Of a stretch of DNA of 51,933 bases, positions 1 through 7,560 are shown in pieces. Source of the DNA: a virus (taxonomy: Duplodnaviria; Caudoviricetes); IMG/VR virus record IMGVR_UViG_3300043707_000134, positions 1 through 51,933 of that record; one strand, written 5' to 3'. Under the pieces are notes generated by a model. The model was not told the DNA's origin. It saw only the letters and a program-made list of their open reading frames with translations, and did no database searches. Each line of letters begins with the position of its first letter. The stretch's first letter is position 1. The position numbers were made by a program, and so were the translations under genes.

Positions 1-231
1 ATGTTCAAGATGGGATACGCTGATGACCCCAAAGCCTTCGTAGTTGAAGCTCTCAATAACGGAGGCTATACGACGGAGTTCGCAGAGGTCAAGAGTGCAG
101 TCTACAAGGGCTGCACGGAGAAGGGCTCCGTGGTCTTCGAGGTCTTCTACCCCAGCGAAGACGGGCCTGGCCTCGACAGCGGCTACGTCTACGTGACTTT
201 CGAGGATGGGAAGTGGACCGCTGACTTCTAA
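1..231 (+). CDS. hypothetical phage protein (may be 5'-truncated at window edge)
   Basis: 76-aa ORF with phage-like codon usage; followed by the intergenic repeat element. Confidence 0.7.
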   Translation: MFKMGYADDPKAFVVEALNNGGYTTEFAEVKSAVYKGCTEKGSVVFEVFYPSEDGPGLDSGYVYVTFEDGKWTADF

Positions 232-238
232 TCCCTCA

Positions 239-294
239 GGCTGAACCTACCGGGCGGCTTCTAAGGAGGAGCCGCCTTTAGGTGCAGCCGCACC
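239..294 (+). repeat. intergenic structured repeat element, copy 1
   Basis: GGCTGAACCTACCG-[GGCGGCTTCT aagg AGGAGCCGCC]-TTTAGGTGCAGCCGCACC, followed by RBS AAGGAGAC and ATG. Confidence 0.9.
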
Positions 295-318
295 AACCCT
301 CAAACTAAGGAGACTAAA

Positions 319-561
319 ATGACCCACTCGGAAATCCTGAAATACATCCGCCGCACCTACGATGTTGACAGCTACGACGTCATCATCGGTAAGGTCGAGG
401 ACGTTACCGTCGGCACGATCGTAACGTACCGTACGGTTGGCCTGAACGGATTTGTGAAGGGCTCGATCACTTATCGCTGCGCTTTCATTCCCGGCGAGGA
501 GAAGTTGGGAGTTCGCCCCTCTGGCGGCTTCGACATGATCTTCGGCCAGGCCAACTTCTAG
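319..561 (+). CDS. hypothetical protein
   Basis: 80-aa ORF with AAGGAGA RBS; flanked by repeat copies 1 and 2. Confidence 0.8.
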   Translation: MTHSEILKYIRRTYDVDSYDVIIGKVEDVTVGTIVTYRTVGLNGFVKGSITYRCAFIPGEEKLGVRPSGGFDMIFGQANF

Positions 562-616
562 GCTGAACCTACCGGGCGGCTTCTAAGGAGGAGCCGCCTT
601 CAGGTGCAGCCGCACC
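561..616 (+). repeat. intergenic structured repeat element, copy 2
   Basis: Identical to copy 1 except one base (TTCAG vs TTTAG); overlaps upstream TAG stop. Confidence 0.9.
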
Positions 617-644
617 GCTCGTAACTCAAACCAAGGAGACTGAA

Positions 645-848
645 ATGAAACCCGGAAGCAAACTGAAGAACGGCGCCACCGTCCTGGCCTTCAAAGGGGC
701 TGGGGACAAGCGCGTGGTCCTCGCCCACTGGGAGCACAACTCCTACACTCCCTACGTTACGTGGCGCTTAGACCCCTGCGACCACACCTTCCTCGGCCAC
801 TACTTCGCTGAGATCGGTGAGGCCACCGCGGACTTCGCTGGCCGCTGA
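645..848 (+). CDS. hypothetical protein
   Basis: 67-aa ORF, AAGGAGA RBS; TGA stop lies inside repeat copy 3. Confidence 0.8.
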   Translation: MKPGSKLKNGATVLAFKGAGDKRVVLAHWEHNSYTPYVTWRLDPCDHTFLGHYFAEIGEATADFAGR

Positions 849-897
849 ACCTACCGGGCGCTTCCTTAACGGGAGCGCCTTCAGGTGCAGCCGCACC
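844..897 (+). repeat. intergenic structured repeat element, copy 3
   Basis: GCTGAACCTACCG-[GGCGCTTCC ttaac GGGAGCGCC]-TTCAGGTGCAGCCGCACC. Confidence 0.9.
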
Positions 898-926
898 AAA
901 CGTAACTCAAACCAAGGAGACCCAAA

Positions 927-1595
927 ATGAAGAACTCGCATGAGATGTTTAATGACCTCGACAGCGACCCGCTCGTTGCCGCCGCCAAGGAGGTCCCCCA
1001 GAAGAAGCGCCGCGTTCGCAACGGCGTGACCCCGCTGGGCCAAGGGAAGTACGAGCTCCCCGCAGCCCAGCCTGCTCCCGCTGCCCCCAGCTCTGACGAG
1101 CCGTGGGAGACTGCGGAGCCGCAGGCAGAGCCGCAGGAGGACTTCACTGGGAGGTTCACCACCGCCCAGACCGCCTTCAAGTACATGACGGCCGGCAACG
1201 CCACCGTGACCCTGAAGTCCAAGGCCACGGGGACGCGGTTCACCTACCGCATCCGCCAGAAGCGGGAGGAGGACGGGCAGATCGGGCCGCGTGGGCTCAT
1301 CTCCTTCGTCAGCCTCATGACCGGCTCGGATAACGAGAGCGACTTCCAGTACCTCGGCCACTTCTGGTCCACCCAGATGGTCTACTGGCACGGTAAGAAG
1401 TCCAAGATCGGAAAGGACGCGCCGGGAGCCAAGGCTTTCGACTGGGTCTGGCGCCAACTCTCCAACAACGTGCTTCCTCCCCAGTTAGAGGTCTGGCACG
1501 AGGGCCGCTGCGGTCGCTGCGGCCGCAAGCTCACCGTTCCGGAGAGCATCGCTTCGGGCTTCGGCCCGGAGTGCATCAACCACGTCCACGGCTGA
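927..1595 (+). CDS. DUF6011-like protein with C-terminal zinc-binding motif
   Basis: C-terminal GRCGRCGRKLTVPESIASGFGPEC matches the CxxCGRxLTxPxSxxxGxGPxC pattern; strong RBS. Confidence 0.75.
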   Translation: MKNSHEMFNDLDSDPLVAAAKEVPQKKRRVRNGVTPLGQGKYELPAAQPAPAAPSSDEPWETAEPQAEPQEDFTGRFTTAQTAFKYMTAGNATVTLKSKATGTRFTYRIRQKREEDGQIGPRGLISFVSLMTGSDNESDFQYLGHFWSTQMVYWHGKKSKIGKDAPGAKAFDWVWRQLSNNVLPPQLEVWHEGRCGRCGRKLTVPESIASGFGPECINHVHG

Positions 1596-1643
1596 ACCTA
1601 CCGAGCGCCTCCTACGGGAGGCGCTTTCAGGTGCAGCCGCACC
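1590..1643 (+). repeat. intergenic structured repeat element, copy 4
   Basis: GGCTGAACCTACCG-[AGCGCCTCC tacg GGAGGCGCT]-TTCAGGTGCAGCCGCACC. Confidence 0.9.
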
Positions 1644-1668
1644 AAATCCTCAAACCAAGGAGACCAAC

Positions 1669-2118
1669 ATGAGGAAGCCTGCTAACGTTATGACCCTGTC
1701 TAAGATTACGATCGCGGACGCGGTCAGCGAAGCCTTCGGAGACCTCTCCATGCTCGGAGATGAGATGAGAGAAGCCTTCGACAACACCCCTGAGAACCTC
1801 CAGGGCAGTGCGGTCGGTCAAGCCAGAGAGGAGGCCGCCGACAACCTGGAGCAGCTCAGCGAGCCGTCCGTACCGGACAGCCTCGCGGCCATCGAGGTAG
1901 AGATACCCCGCTGGGAGCGCAAGCGATCCCCCTCGCGGCCAGTCCGCAGGGACGACATCGTGGCCATCCTCGACGCAGTCATCCAGGCTCTCGATGAGAT
2001 CGTGGACGATGAGGAGAAGTCGCAGGAGCTGAAGGACGACGCAGAGACCCTTCGGGATGAGATAGACAATGAGAAGTCTATGGCCGAAGACGTCCAGTTC
2101 CCAGGAATGTTTGGCTGA
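1669..2118 (+). CDS. acidic helical hypothetical protein
   Basis: 149-aa ORF, AAGGAGA RBS, stop inside repeat copy 5. Confidence 0.8.
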   Translation: MRKPANVMTLSKITIADAVSEAFGDLSMLGDEMREAFDNTPENLQGSAVGQAREEAADNLEQLSEPSVPDSLAAIEVEIPRWERKRSPSRPVRRDDIVAILDAVIQALDEIVDDEEKSQELKDDAETLRDEIDNEKSMAEDVQFPGMFG

Positions 2119-2166
2119 ACCTACCGAGCGCCTCCTACGGGAGGCGCTTTCAGGTGCAGCCGCACC
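2113..2166 (+). repeat. intergenic structured repeat element, copy 5
   Basis: Identical to copy 4. Confidence 0.9.
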
Positions 2167-2194
2167 AAGTGACCCAAAACACAGGAGACTGAAA

Positions 2195-2416
2195 ATGGCA
2201 TCCAAGTTCCTAGCCATCTCGGAGGAGACCTTCGAGGTGATGTCCGGCGGTCCTAGCCCAGACTACATGTATCGAGAGATCGATCGCATCGTAGAGAAGT
2301 ACGACATCAAACTGGGCCGCCCAGGCTATCAGCTTAAGCTCGCCGCCATCGGCGACGGCCTCGTAGAGGCCCTCAAGTTCCAGAAGGAGATCAACGCCTC
2401 CGACTTTAACTCGTAA
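2195..2416 (+). CDS. hypothetical protein (MASKFLAISEE...)
   Basis: ATG at 2195 after AGGAGA RBS; in frame with track ORF 2069..2416. Confidence 0.75.
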   Translation: MASKFLAISEETFEVMSGGPSPDYMYREIDRIVEKYDIKLGRPGYQLKLAAIGDGLVEALKFQKEINASDFNS

Positions 2417-2436
2417 CTCAACCAAGGAGACCCAAA

Positions 2437-3075
2437 ATGAAAAAGTCCGTACAACTCACTGACGCCCTAATCCAGGAGGCTTGGAACTTCCTGTGGTCAG
2501 ATAACCTTAAGCGTCGCAAGGCGCAAGAGAGGAAGGGCGACACCTGGCGGATCGCGGAGACCTTCTACCTCACGGCCGCCGATGTAGACGCCCAGGTTCG
2601 CCACTTCGTAATTGAAGACCTGGACGGGAAGAAGCGGGGGAGCACAGGCCGCGCCTGCGGCCGACCGTGGCGACCTCTGCGAGCCCCCGGCCTCTATAAC
2701 CGAGTCCGAGACTGGCTCCTTCGCAATCCGGCTCTGACCCACCACAACTTTGGGCGGGGCCACATCAGCGGAGCCCGCTTCCGGCCAGTGGGTCAACCCA
2801 TCTCCCCGACGGAGAAGGAGACCCTGAGGAGGCACGAGGTCCAAGACAGCAAGCCTCGCCCGCGCCACTACTCCAAGAGCGGGCACTACGGCAGCCGTCC
2901 GCTGTGCTCCAAGCCTCGCAGCGGCTGGCTCGCTCGGCCATCGAAAGCTTACACCACGAGCGATCGTGAGAAGGTGACTTGCCCCCGGTGCAAGAACCTG
3001 CTCGCCGACCTCCCTGCCCACAAGCAGGAGGGGTCGCAGGCAGAGTTCGATCGCTACATCGCCGGTGACCGATAA
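2437..3075 (+). CDS. hypothetical basic protein with C-terminal His/Cys (putative Zn) motif
   Basis: 212 aa, AAGGAGA RBS, H...PLC...VTCPRC. Confidence 0.75.
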   Translation: MKKSVQLTDALIQEAWNFLWSDNLKRRKAQERKGDTWRIAETFYLTAADVDAQVRHFVIEDLDGKKRGSTGRACGRPWRPLRAPGLYNRVRDWLLRNPALTHHNFGRGHISGARFRPVGQPISPTEKETLRRHEVQDSKPRPRHYSKSGHYGSRPLCSKPRSGWLARPSKAYTTSDREKVTCPRCKNLLADLPAHKQEGSQAEFDRYIAGDR

Positions 3076-3199
3076 GGGGAGGGATAATCTCCGCTCGGTC
3101 AGCGGCGGGGTCGGGCTATCACAGAAAGGTGCGCCTCCGGTCCCTCCCCATCGGGGATGACCCGGTGAAGCATTACCGGCCAAGGGCACTAGCCGCCGC

Positions 3200-3260
3200 A
3201 CTCCACCTACCGGGCGCCTCTCCTCTAGAGGAGGGGCGCCTTCAGGTGCAGTTCTGCGCC
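3200..3260 (+). repeat. intergenic structured repeat element, copy 6 (divergent)
   Basis: ACTCCACCTACCG-[GGCGCCTCTCCTC ta GAGGAGGGGCGCC]-TTCAGGTGCAGTTCTGCGCC; changes preserve pairing. Confidence 0.85.
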
Positions 3261-3291
3261 ACACTCGTAACTCAAGCCAAGGAGATCAAGC

Positions 3292-3525
3292 ATGAAGACC
3301 AAAGTCAAGTACGTCTACGTCGTCGTAGGTCACGACTTCGATACGGACGAGACTTACGTTTATGGCGCGTATCGCACAAAGGCCAAGGCCGTGCGAGGTG
3401 CCGTAGATGAGTTCGCCGTAGTGTGGGAGGAGGAGGGGCGCCGCCCCAAGAACCTCGCCATGCTCACCGAAGCTCTCGGCGGTCAAATGGTGTTTGCCGT
3501 GGAGAGAACCCCCCTCGAGGACTAA
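3292..3525 (+). CDS. hypothetical protein
   Basis: 77 aa, AAGGAGA RBS. Confidence 0.75.
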   Translation: MKTKVKYVYVVVGHDFDTDETYVYGAYRTKAKAVRGAVDEFAVVWEEEGRRPKNLAMLTEALGGQMVFAVERTPLED

Positions 3526-3535
3526 GGAGACTGCC

Positions 3536-3715
3536 ATGAAGACCTGCTCCATCTGCCAGCTGCCGTTCTCGGAGTACGGGAACAACGCCGAGCCGGTGAA
3601 CTCCGGCCGGTGCTGCGACTCGTGCAACGACATGGTCGTAATCCCTGCTCGCCTCAACTCCTTCCGCCTGCGGGTGGAGGAGAGCAAGCAGCGGAAGGTC
3701 ATCCCCAACGACTGA
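3536..3715 (+). CDS. small Cys-rich (zinc-binding) phage protein
   Basis: ATG 3536 after AAGGAGA; CSIC...GNNAEPVNSGRCCDSCN. Confidence 0.75.
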   Translation: MKTCSICQLPFSEYGNNAEPVNSGRCCDSCNDMVVIPARLNSFRLRVEESKQRKVIPND

Positions 3716-3759
3716 ACCTACCGGGCGGCCTGCGGGCCGCCTTCAGGTGCAGCCGCACC
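3712..3759 (+). repeat. intergenic structured repeat element, copy 7
   Basis: CTGAACCTACCG-[GGCGGCC tgcg GGCCGCC]-TTCAGGTGCAGCCGCACC. Confidence 0.9.
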
Positions 3760-3789
3760 ACACTCGTAACAGAAGAGAGGAGAACTGAC

Positions 3790-4074
3790 ATGCAGACGAC
3801 TAGACTTTACGGCCGCACGCGCGAGGATCGGTGGAACACCGTTCTGCGCTGCGCGCGGTTGATCGGCGTCATCGATAATTACGGAGCCTCGGCGAGACGG
3901 AAGGTGAAGAGGATGCTCGACGAGAACCCTCACGTGATCCTGCGGAAGGAGGGCACTGCGCAGAGCGCACCGGCATGGTACTGCGCCGTGCTTAACGACG
4001 ACGAGATCAAGTACAACTACTCGCCCAAGGTCTACCCGCGCGATCGCAAGTACAATCGCAAGAGGGCGGCATGA
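3790..4074 (+). CDS. hypothetical protein (MQTTRLYGR...)
   Basis: ATG 3790 after GAGGAG RBS, in frame with ORF 3610..4074. Confidence 0.7.
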   Translation: MQTTRLYGRTREDRWNTVLRCARLIGVIDNYGASARRKVKRMLDENPHVILRKEGTAQSAPAWYCAVLNDDEIKYNYSPKVYPRDRKYNRKRAA

Positions 4075-4256
4075 GGAGAGGAGCCAGCGTTGACCTCACC
4101 GTCAACCTATCTAACGGTAGGGAGGTGGACCTTCACGACTGGATCGAGCGGACCGAGGAGATCAAGGATGTCATAGCCAGGGCCACCGATCGGTGGCCCA
4201 CCTGGACCTCCATGGTCATCGTACTAACCAACCCAGACGGAACAGAGGAGAAGTGA
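4071..4256 (+). CDS. hypothetical protein
   Basis: 61 aa, ATGA overlap with upstream gene. Confidence 0.65.
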   Translation: MRRGASVDLTVNLSNGREVDLHDWIERTEEIKDVIARATDRWPTWTSMVIVLTNPDGTEEK

Positions 4257-4258
4257 AA

Positions 4259-4447
4259 ATGAGAGACGAGAGGTACAAGCCTGGGCGCATGTACTACGTC
4301 GACGGCGCCAGCCTCAACGGGCTGTGGAAGATCGCCGCCAAGCTCTGCTGCGGGGACAAGCTCTCCGACATGCAGCGCAGGGACATGGGCCAGTGGATGC
4401 AGGCCCACATCGAGAAGTCCATCGAGGCGGAGGACATCCCCGCATAA
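4259..4447 (+). CDS. hypothetical protein (MRDERYKPG...)
   Basis: ATG 4259 after GAGGAG, tightly packed in operon. Confidence 0.65.
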   Translation: MRDERYKPGRMYYVDGASLNGLWKIAAKLCCGDKLSDMQRRDMGQWMQAHIEKSIEAEDIPA

Positions 4448-4462
4448 ACCAAGGAGACCATA

Positions 4463-4663
4463 ATGAACTTGTACCAGAGATTGCTGGGGTGCCCCTCCGG
4501 GGCCACCCTTCACGCCCTACTCCTCTGCGGTCACACCCGCGTGGAGATAGACGAGGCGGTCGACACCGGCCGCGTCGAGAGAGAAGTCCGCCGCTACGCC
4601 AACCCCGTCGGGGAGGTGGAGTGGTTCGTTGCAAACCGAAAGGAGAACTGCCGTGACCGATAA
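4463..4663 (+). CDS. hypothetical protein
   Basis: 66 aa, AAGGAGA RBS; overlaps start of the Tas-like gene. Confidence 0.65.
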   Translation: MNLYQRLLGCPSGATLHALLLCGHTRVEIDEAVDTGRVEREVRRYANPVGEVEWFVANRKENCRDR

Positions 4664-5603
4664 TCTCTCTATCGTTAGGAGCATGACGAAGGGCGCGTAC
4701 GACCTTCAGATGCTTCGCATCCAAGCGGGGCTGCGGCTCTGCGCCAACTTCCGAGCCAAGCTCGGCCTCACCTCCGATCCCACAGAGGAGGACGATGAGG
4801 ACGCCGTTAAGATCATCGACCAGCTGAAGGAGTCGTACGGCAAGCTGACGGAGGGGGTGGCTCGTAACAGAACGCTCCCGCGCAAGGAGGGGTTCGAGGG
4901 CGATGAGCTCATCAGCACCTTCACCGAGCTCCAGCTCGTGGACCAGTATATGGCCCTCGTCAAGCAGGAGAAGGCTCAGTTCAGGCAGCTCGAGACATCG
5001 CTAGAGATGATCCCGATCTACAACTCGTATCTCAGCGAGATGCCTGGAGTGGGGCCCGCCATGGCCGCGGTGCTGATCTCCTATTTTGATCCGCATGCGG
5101 CGCCGTACCCGAGCTCATTCTGGGCCTACGCTGGCCTGGACGTGGCCAAGGACGGCCGCGGGCGCAGCCGCCGGGAGGAGCACTTGATCGACAGGGAGTA
5201 CACCGCCAAGGATGGCTCCACCAAGACTAAGCGGAGCGTCACTTATAACCCGTGGCTGAAGGCTCGCCTCATGGGTGCGCTGGGGGCCTCGTTTATGAGG
5301 GTGAAGGACTGCCCTTGGCGGGAGGTCTACGACGGCTACAAGAACCGCCTCCAAACCGATCCTGCGAAGCTGAAGGTGACGTCGGAGCAGTACAAGGCTC
5401 TCCACAAGAGCAAGCCGGAGGAGGCTCGCAACGTCTGGACGCCGCGGCGCATCCACCTCGCATCCGTTAGGTACATGCTCAAGATGTTCTTAGCGGAGTT
5501 CTGGGAGATGTGGCGGCGGTCAGAGGGTCTCTCCACCCCGGAGACCTACGCCGTCGGTAAGCTCGGCATGCCTCCCCACAGGCGCAGGGAGGCGGCGGAG
5601 TAG
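4653..5603 (+). CDS. tasA: TIGR-associated Tas-like protein (TasA type): coiled coil + Nop/IS110 C-terminal-like RNA-binding domain, no recognisable nuclease
   Basis: GTG start after AAGGAG; N-terminal YDLQMLRIQAGLRL helix; MPGVGPAMAAVLI...PSSFWAYAGL (IS110 Transposase_20/Nop-like); YNPWLK; C-terminal HLASVRYMLKMFL; no N-terminal RuvC DEDD region or HNH; dual-spacer array starts at its stop codon. Confidence 0.85.
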   Translation: MTDNLSIVRSMTKGAYDLQMLRIQAGLRLCANFRAKLGLTSDPTEEDDEDAVKIIDQLKESYGKLTEGVARNRTLPRKEGFEGDELISTFTELQLVDQYMALVKQEKAQFRQLETSLEMIPIYNSYLSEMPGVGPAMAAVLISYFDPHAAPYPSSFWAYAGLDVAKDGRGRSRREEHLIDREYTAKDGSTKTKRSVTYNPWLKARLMGALGASFMRVKDCPWREVYDGYKNRLQTDPAKLKVTSEQYKALHKSKPEEARNVWTPRRIHLASVRYMLKMFLAEFWEMWRRSEGLSTPETYAVGKLGMPPHRRREAAE

Positions 5604-6346
5604 CCAGCACCGCAGAGTAGACCCCAGCGATGACAGCGCGCCCATGTCGAAGAGTGACCCAACGTAGCTGAGCGTGCCACCGCTTTGAAGAGAGACCCAC
5701 CTACGTAAAGCGGGCCACGTCTGATTAGTGACCCGACGTAGCAAAGCGGACCGGCCTACGGGCCGGCCTGCCACCTTCAATTAGATACCCAGAACTCAAG
5801 AGCGCGCCCGGCAAGATCAGAGACCCCGCTTGGTCGAGCGAGCCTACGGCAAATAGAGGACCGGAAACGCAAAGCGAGCCCATTGCCCAAAGAGACCCAG
5901 CGCCCTTTAGCGAGCGCCAAAGTACGACAGCGCACCAGAGAATGGCAGCGAGCCTGGCAAGATTAGAGACCCCGAGAAGTTCAGCGAGCCCCAGCTCGAA
6001 AGATACCCAGCGAGGTCCAGCGAGCCTACTCCTCACAGCGACCCCGATGATGAGAGCGTGCCCGTGTTGACAAGAGACCCAGTGATCACCAGCGAGCCGG
6101 CTTGCATCAGAGACCCCATGATGACGAGCGAGCCATGGAAGCAAAGAGACCCGAAAGACCTCAGCGAGCCTATGGCCATGAGAGACCCAAGGAAGGAGAG
6201 CGAGCCATCTGCGATCAGTGACCCATCGCAGCGAAGCGTGCCGACGCTGATAAGAGACCCACTAGTGGAGAGCGTGCCATTCTTGCGCAGTGACCCAATC
6301 GGCAAAAGCGTGCCACAGTAGTCGAGCGACCCAATTTCAATCAGCG
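5598..6346 (+). ncRNA. TIGR-like dual-spacer guide RNA array 1 (20 units of about 36 nt)
   Basis: Alternating AGCG(A/T/C/G)GCC and AG(A/T/C)GACCC 8-mers separated by unique ~10-nt segments; exact 36-nt period from 5947 to 6342 (edge motifs at 5947, 5983, 6019 ... 6307). Confidence 0.92.
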
Positions 6347-6373
6347 GCTACGGGCACGGCAGTTCGCGGAGCG

Positions 6374-6502
6374 TAAGTCGCCCCCTCTTCTCTTTACCCT
6401 TTTAGGGAGGAGGGCTCGCAGCATCCGCGAGGGAGGCGGCAGGCCCCATTCCCCATCCACCGGGAATGCTGCCGCCTCCCACCTAATTATTACGAAGAGG
6501 AC
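6374..6502 (+). promoter_or_regulatory. putative phage promoter/leader, copy 1
   Basis: TAAGTCGCCCCC..TACCCTT and TATTACGA..GAGGACA shared with intergenic region 13176-13301. Confidence 0.45.
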
Positions 6503-6509
6503 AAGCGAG

Positions 6510-6848
6510 ATGAGATACATCGACATCAGAGTGAGACTACCAGTGGTCAAGCTGGGGCTGCTCCTGGAGCAGCTCCCGGATTGGGCACAGATGATCGGCT
6601 ATGACAAGCTGGAACCAGCCGAGCCAGAGCGACATAAGAGCAACGGCAAGATGCCCGGCAAGGGCACTGCCGGTGAGAAGGTCCTCGCCTTCATGAGGGC
6701 CAGCGGTCGGCGCTACCGCCACAGCGAGGTCTTGGCCGAGGGTGTAAAGCGAAAACTCCACCCCAAGTCGGTCAACTCCTCCCTCTACTCCCTCGTGAGG
6801 AGAGGGTTGGTGAAGAAGCACGCGGACGGCACGTATGGCAAAGCCTAG
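6510..6848 (+). CDS. putative winged-helix DNA-binding protein
   Basis: C-terminal KVLAFMR...HSEVLAEG..HPKSVNSSLYSLVRRGLVKKHADGTY wHTH-like pattern. Confidence 0.65.
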   Translation: MRYIDIRVRLPVVKLGLLLEQLPDWAQMIGYDKLEPAEPERHKSNGKMPGKGTAGEKVLAFMRASGRRYRHSEVLAEGVKRKLHPKSVNSSLYSLVRRGLVKKHADGTYGKA

Positions 6849-7101
6849 CCGCACGCTGCGGGTGTACGCGTCGTACAACTTCATCGACAAGGACCCGATC
6901 GTTGACTACGCCCGCACCCGCGTGTTCTCCAACGGGGGTCCCTCGAGGATCGCCACGGAGAGCGGGGTCAGCCCCACAACGCTGTACGGGTGGTTCAACG
7001 GAAAGACCCGGCGACCTCAGTTTGCCACCGTGGCCGCCGTTCTCCTCACCTGCGGAGAGACCACCATCGACCTCCGCGCCCTCAGACGGAAAGGGAGATG
7101 A
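6835..7101 (+). CDS. Cro/XRE-like HTH protein
   Basis: SRIATESGVSPTTLYGWFNGKTRRPQFATVAAV. Confidence 0.75.
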   Translation: MAKPSRTLRVYASYNFIDKDPIVDYARTRVFSNGGPSRIATESGVSPTTLYGWFNGKTRRPQFATVAAVLLTCGETTIDLRALRRKGR

Positions 7102-7373
7102 ACGTGAGCTCGAGAGCCTACATCCTCCTCATCCTAGCGCTGGCGATCGCCATCGCAGTGCTTCTCCTCGGGAGCCTAGCCAGGAGCGAGCCCCTGCCCT
7201 TCCCCAATCCCCCTGGGGGATGCCCCAGCGGTTACTATCCCTCCGGCTCCTCCTGCGTGCCCGCAGGGGGAGCCAGGCCGGCCATCCCCCGGCCCGCAGG
7301 AGGTTGCCCGTCAGGCTGGTACCCCTCTGGGAGTTCATGCCTCAGGGAGGGACTAGACAGAAAGAGAGAATGA
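7098..7373 (+). CDS. small exported protein with duplicated Cys motif
   Basis: ATG 7098 (ATGA overlap); hydrophobic signal segment; GGCPSGYYPSGSSC and GGCPSGWYPSGSSC. Confidence 0.7.
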   Translation: MNVSSRAYILLILALAIAIAVLLLGSLARSEPLPFPNPPGGCPSGYYPSGSSCVPAGGARPAIPRPAGGCPSGWYPSGSSCLREGLDRKRE

Positions 7374-7384
7374 AAGATAGAATA

Positions 7385-7456
7385 AGCCGCGACGCACTAG
7401 AGACCCGACGCCAGTAAGCGAGCCTCAATGGTAAAGCGACCCAGCCATGTTTAGCG
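7385..7456 (+). ncRNA. TIGR-like mini-array (2 units)
   Basis: AGCC-gcgacgcact-AGAGACCC-gacgccagta-AGCGAGCC-tcaatggtaa-AGCGACCC-agccatgttt-AGCG, exactly 2 x 36 nt. Confidence 0.85.
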
Positions 7457-7560
7457 TATGCCTTCCTACCCCACGCTCGTAACGGAGCGTGGTCAGGAGC
7501 GCACCCGCACTCCCCCGCCAGGTCCGGCGGGTCAACCGTTCTTCATTTAAGGAGACAACG

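Noticed and set aside
239-3759. Intergenic element as hammerhead ribozyme, integron attC or simple terminator
   Set aside because: No CTGANGA/GAAA core, no RYYYAAC...GTTRRRY ends or integrase, and only 2-3 T after the stem
4653-5603. Calling the gene an IS110/IS116 transposase (mobile element)
   Set aside because: It lacks the N-terminal RuvC-like DEDD domain, sits in a phage operon with its own RBS, and abuts a dual-spacer array
5479-6321. ORFs over array 1 (e.g. 5725..6144, 6033..6305, 6058..6321)
   Set aside because: The periodic GSL/SEP/RDP peptides are by-products of the 36-nt repeat; no RBS, and indels break the frames
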